A DNA stretch of 42,127 nt, from assembly GCA_029717555.1 (NCBI GenBank), contig JAMDHS010000128.1:1-42127 (forward strand), read 5' to 3'. This document shows positions 38,036 to 42,127 of the stretch, one piece after another. The stretch's first letter is position 1; the number at the start of each line of letters is the position of its first letter. A program made the translations under genes and the position numbers. Origin of the DNA: Peribolospora baueri (taxonomy: Eukaryota). The notes beneath the pieces are model-generated. The model had not been told where the DNA came from and made no database searches. It saw nothing but the letters and a program-made list of their open reading frames with translations.

Positions 38036-38969
38036 TGGACGGGATGGAGGATGGCCAAGGCGGGTTGGGCGAAGGAGGTGGGAGGTCGAGGTGGACGTCG
38101 ACGGTCGATCGAGCGGTCGGAGGGAGAGTGGAGGCGAGGCGGAAAGGAGGGTGGATGGTGGAGAGGTGCTCGGGGAGACAAAGGAAGGAAGGAAGAAGGA
38201 AGGATGACCGACTAGAGAGCCATAAAAAAGACTCCCGGGTTGACGGCGCGGGGTGTTTGGTGACGACGACGACGGCGACGAGACGATGGCGATCCCAGAT
38301 CAGATCAGGGCAGCGAGGCGAGGCGGAAAAGCGGGTCGATCGATCGTTCTCGTTCTGGCGTGCGAAGACGACGGTGGCCCGCCTCGGCTCGGTCCGCGCA
38401 GGGCGGGAGACGGTGGTGGTGGAGGAGGGAGAGGAAAGAAGGGGCGAAGGGCGATCGTCGCTGGCGGTCGTCGGCGAGGAAGACGATGATGGCGGGAAGA
38501 AGGAAAGAAAGCGGACGAGGTGGGCAGAGTCGGAAAAAAAGACGACGGCGAGCAGTCAGTCGTCGTCGTCGTCGGCCAGGCGCAGTATGTATATATACGT
38601 GCCTCCTTCCGTCCCTTCCCGTCCCACCCACGACGTCCACCACCTCGTCCACGGACTCGCTACGACGTCGAGCTCGGCGGCCGGCGGCCAACCAAACAAC
38701 TCACGCACGAAGCCAGGGAGGGCTACCAACAGCATCGCCAATCGACCACGTTCACCGCTCGCCAAACGGCGTTTCGTACATTCTCTACGTCGCCGCCGCC
38801 GCTCGTCGCCTCTTGCAGAGACAAACAGACAGACGGGCGGGGAAGAAGGATATGCAATATGGTATGGCTCATCGTCTTCTCACCCAAGCGCCCCTCGGCA
38901 CCTCAGCATGCGATTGATTGCAACCCTTCTACTCTCCATAATAGCGCCCCATCGCGTCTCGTTCTCGTT

Positions 38970-41113
38970 CTAGGACCACCCCACCCTCTCCATCTCTTCG
39001 ATCAACTCGTCCATCTTCGCCTCCGTCCACTTCAACGCACCCCGCAGGATATCAGCTTGCCCTGGAGAGAGGAGAGAGAAAGAGTGAATCGATGGATCAT
39101 CGACTTTATCTACGCCGGCGTGCAATGACGGACGATGGGCGGCCCGAGTAGACAGACAGGCAGATTGACAGTAGACTGACTGTCTGACTGTCTGTCTGTC
39201 TGACTGACTGACTGGCTGACTGACTGACTGACAAGACAGACAAAACAGACAAAACAAACAGCCTTTAGACTCACCTCGCCTGTAGACATCGATCATCATC
39301 GTCACTTCCTCCCTCACCTCCCCGCCCTCGCCCTCGCCCTCGACCGCCACCAGCTTAGCCGCAAACATCTCTTCCAGCGTCTCCAGCACGTTTCCCTCCA
39401 GCTGCATCTCTTCCCCTTCCTCCCATTCCCCCTCCTCCCAAACCACCTTCAAGTCCCCCGCGCTCAGCTTCTCCGCCGCCCCATCCGAACTCCGCCTCCA
39501 GGGCTCCCGATCGGCACGACGGAGAAAGGCCGTCTGCTCGACGGCCGAGGCGAGCATCAGCCGGAGCTCGCACAGCAGCGGCGCCGGAGGCTCCGCGTCG
39601 CGCCTCAGAAAGTGTCGCCTTCCCGCCCGGAGGCCGAGGGCGGAAAATAGCGCCCAACGGGACGACGGCCCGCCGCTCACCTCCTCGCCCCCCTTTTCCT
39701 TCTCCTCCTCCATCGAACCGAGTCGTAAGACCACCCAATCGTCCGGGTTGGGATCGAGGACGAACCCGTACCCCAGCAACAGCTCTTCGTTGCTCTTCAG
39801 GCCATAGTTGTTGTACAGCTGCGATCCTCGTATCGTATGGGCGGCGTGGGAGATGAGCGTGACGGCTGTCGCCCCAGAGGAGGGAGCAGTAGCCTCGGTG
39901 GGATCGTCGTTGGAAGGAGGACGTACGTCCCCGACGGCGTCCACGACCGGGCGCGTGAGCGGACCGTGCACCCAAGACACCTTCTCGCCCCTCCGGTGAT
40001 TGAGGATATCGAGCACGGGAAGCAGCACGGGGTAATCTCCCTGTCGTTCGTCTCGTCCTGACTCTTCCGATGACGTCTCCATCGCTTCGACGCCGCCAAC
40101 GACGACCTCGGGCACCACCTCGCCTCCTCCGCCTTCCTTGGCCCCAGTCAGCCCCTCGCCAGTGACGACTCGGCTGGGAAAGGCCCTGCTGGAGAACGCG
40201 CTACTCGCTCTCATGTACGCCTCCAGCGTGAAGCCGTCGCCGTCGCCGTCGCCGTCGCCATCTCCCCTCCTGCCCACCCAACCTTTTTGCTCCTCCGTCG
40301 CCGCCCTCGCCTCCAACCACTTTCGCGCACCCGCCCACTCCTCCTCCATCTGCTCCCGTCGGCATATCGTCGCGCCATGCAGGTTCGTACCACGGAGGAG
40401 AGCCAACTCGCCGCGAGTAAAGTGGAGGGCCGTGTAGTGCGTGTCGGGCAAGAGGGAGGTGTAGGGGTGGTGTGAGAGCAGAGAGAAGGGAGCAGCGCCA
40501 TCGAGTCTGGCGGAGGGGGGAAACACACATGTCAGTGTGTATCGACGGGGAAGAACGTCTAAGGATCCCATCCGTCCGGTTTATCTACCTTGGCCTCTTA
40601 TGACCCCGCCCGTCCTCGTCGATTCTTTCCCCGTCCTCTCCTCCACCGCCATCCACCCAGGTGCCAAGGACAATGTCATGTAAAGCCACATAGGTCACCG
40701 CGGCCACCCGATCGTCCAAGACCTCCGTACTCGGGCCCGAGCCGCGGGACTCTGGAAAGAGGGCGTCGAGAGCGTGCTTGGACGACCGGGGCGTGATGGC
40801 CAAAGAGGTGGGCAAGACGACGAGGGGAGAGGATGCGGGGATGGGGCTCGTCGAAAATGCCGCGAGACCGTATTCGCGGTCTGCAAGGATGAGGCGAGGC
40901 GAAGCGTGCAGACGAGACGAGGGAGACAAGGTCGGCCGCCGCACGCTCGTTCACTTTTAGCTCACCCTCTTCGTCCCACCGGCGCGGACTGCACTGCCCG
41001 CTGGACTCACGGTGATGAAAGCGTACGGACGGGTGAACCCAGCCCCCGCGGGAGGCAAACCAGGCCCGAAGGCGAGCGACGCCCTTCGACTCTGGAGCGT
41101 CCACGCTCATCAT
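38970..41113 (-). CDS. SET-domain protein lysine methyltransferase (Rubisco-LSMT/SETD6/Rkm-Efm1-like), multi-exon
   Basis: LRAWFASRGGWVHP, HHPYTSLLP..TALHFTRGELALLRGTNL, SSRAFP, VLLPVLDILNH and QLYNNYGLKSNEELLLGYGFVL. Confidence 0.9.
39170..39240. repeat. (GACT)/(CTGT) tetranucleotide microsatellite in the last intron of the SET gene
   Basis: gactgactgtctgactgtctgtctgtctgactgactgactggctgactgactgactgac. Confidence 0.85.
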
Positions 41114-41694
41114 GTCTGGCGACGACGTCGACGACGACGAGGCAGGCCAACACAAGAAGGGAAGTTCGCGCTCGTAGAGCCTGCAGCATCTGCCGCAGCT
41201 ACACGTGGCTCGTGCGAGCGCCGCCGCAGTTCCCATGAACGGTTTTTTTTTTTCGCTGCGCACGGGCCGGCGTCGGTCGGGACCGTCATCGTACTGTCTA
41301 GACAGATCCACCACCATGGTCGGGGGAAGTCTTCTCGCCGCAGAACCCGCCATTCGGCCGTCACACTTCACATTCACGTTCAGCCACACGGACCATCCCC
41401 CTCTGCCGCGAGCACTACCGAATCTTCCTTTCACCGATATCTCGCAGGGCCTCGCGGAGGGGCTCGCTTTCGGGAGACCATCACCGATGGCCACCGTCGT
41501 TCAGTGCCGGTCGGAACAGGCGTCAATCGAGCGCTCGACCATGTCCGTCCTTCTTCCGTCACCTTAGGCCGTATGTACGAGCACTTTCGGATCTTTCCCA
41601 TTCGGTCGAGTCACAACTACTACCTACAAACCTGGCCTTCCCGCTACAGCCAGCCAGCCATCCGGCCGTGACGTGACGTGGACGCTCCACAGTC

Positions 41695-42127
41695 TCACTT
41701 GAGATAGTGATGAGCCCTAAGCCACTGCTCGACGTCCTCGGCGTCGCGCTGGAGCCAAGCCATGTTCGTCTTCACCGCGTCGATACCCTCCTCGAGGCCT
41801 TGTTTGATCTTTCTCGTGTCCTTGTCCTTGAAGAACGTCTCGACGTCTTTCAGGTCTTCGTCGCTCGTGAAGGAGGAGAAGGAGTACCGGACGAGGCGAC
41901 CAAGGGAGGAGTTGTTCGTCACCCGTTTCGAGAGCTGTCGATGATGATGTGCAAGGGAAGCGAGTCGGTCATCAGCGAGTCCCGCTCGACGAGAGCCTCG
42001 GACAAGACTCACATCCTCGTAGTGATCCTTTGTCAGCTGCCAGATCTTGCGACGGGAGAGGGGGCTGCGCAGAATAGCGAGGCGGCGGTCCGTCAGTTGT
42101 CTGAAACGGCACTCTTTCGAAAAAAAA
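41695..42127 (-). CDS. C-terminal exons of an M1-family (Ape2/puromycin-sensitive) aminopeptidase, partial
   Basis: ERAP1-C-like end: RRKIWQLTKDHYED|LSKRVTNNSSLGRLVRYSFSSFTSDEDLKDVETFFKDKDT..GIDAVKTNMAWLQRDAEDVEQWL*. The gene continues beyond the window. Confidence 0.8.
   Translation of the reverse strand, partial: FFSKECRFRQLTDRRLAILRSPLSRRKIWQLTKDHYEDVSLVRGSRRAGLADDRLASLAHHHRQLSKRVTNNSSLGRLVRYSFSSFTSDEDLKDVETFFKDKDTRKIKQGLEEGIDAVKTNMAWLQRDAEDVEQWLRAHHYLK

Overview
This is a GC-rich, intron-dense fungal nuclear region; the splice signals and gene content look basidiomycete. I assembled the gene models by hand from splice signals and protein motifs, so exon boundaries are approximate. In order, the window holds: a 136-bp tandem repeat running off the left edge; a small secreted Gly-rich protein; MET2 (-); a RINT1/TIP20-family gene (-) divergent from PEX10 (+); a small putative mitochondrial protein (-); an iron-containing alcohol dehydrogenase (-); a calycin-like protein (+); a YOR1/MRP-type ABCC transporter (-); an O-methyltransferase that appears pseudogenised (+); a type II NADH dehydrogenase (-); a GLTSCR1-domain protein (-); an HPC2/ubinuclein-like protein (-); a SET-domain lysine methyltransferase (-); and the 3' end of an M1 aminopeptidase (-). 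The most unusual part is about 24.05-25.3 kb. There an AT-rich mitochondrial-DNA insertion (an intact-looking tRNA-Arg(UCG) plus the N-terminal domain of a GIY-YIG homing endonuclease) is joined to a Ty3/Gypsy pol fragment and a microsatellite. This creates a chimeric 355-aa ORF directly upstream of an O-methyltransferase gene with three apparent lesions. I see no evidence of a complete novel biological system; the best leads are this composite insertion, the tandem repeat, and the Kex2-type secreted peptide.
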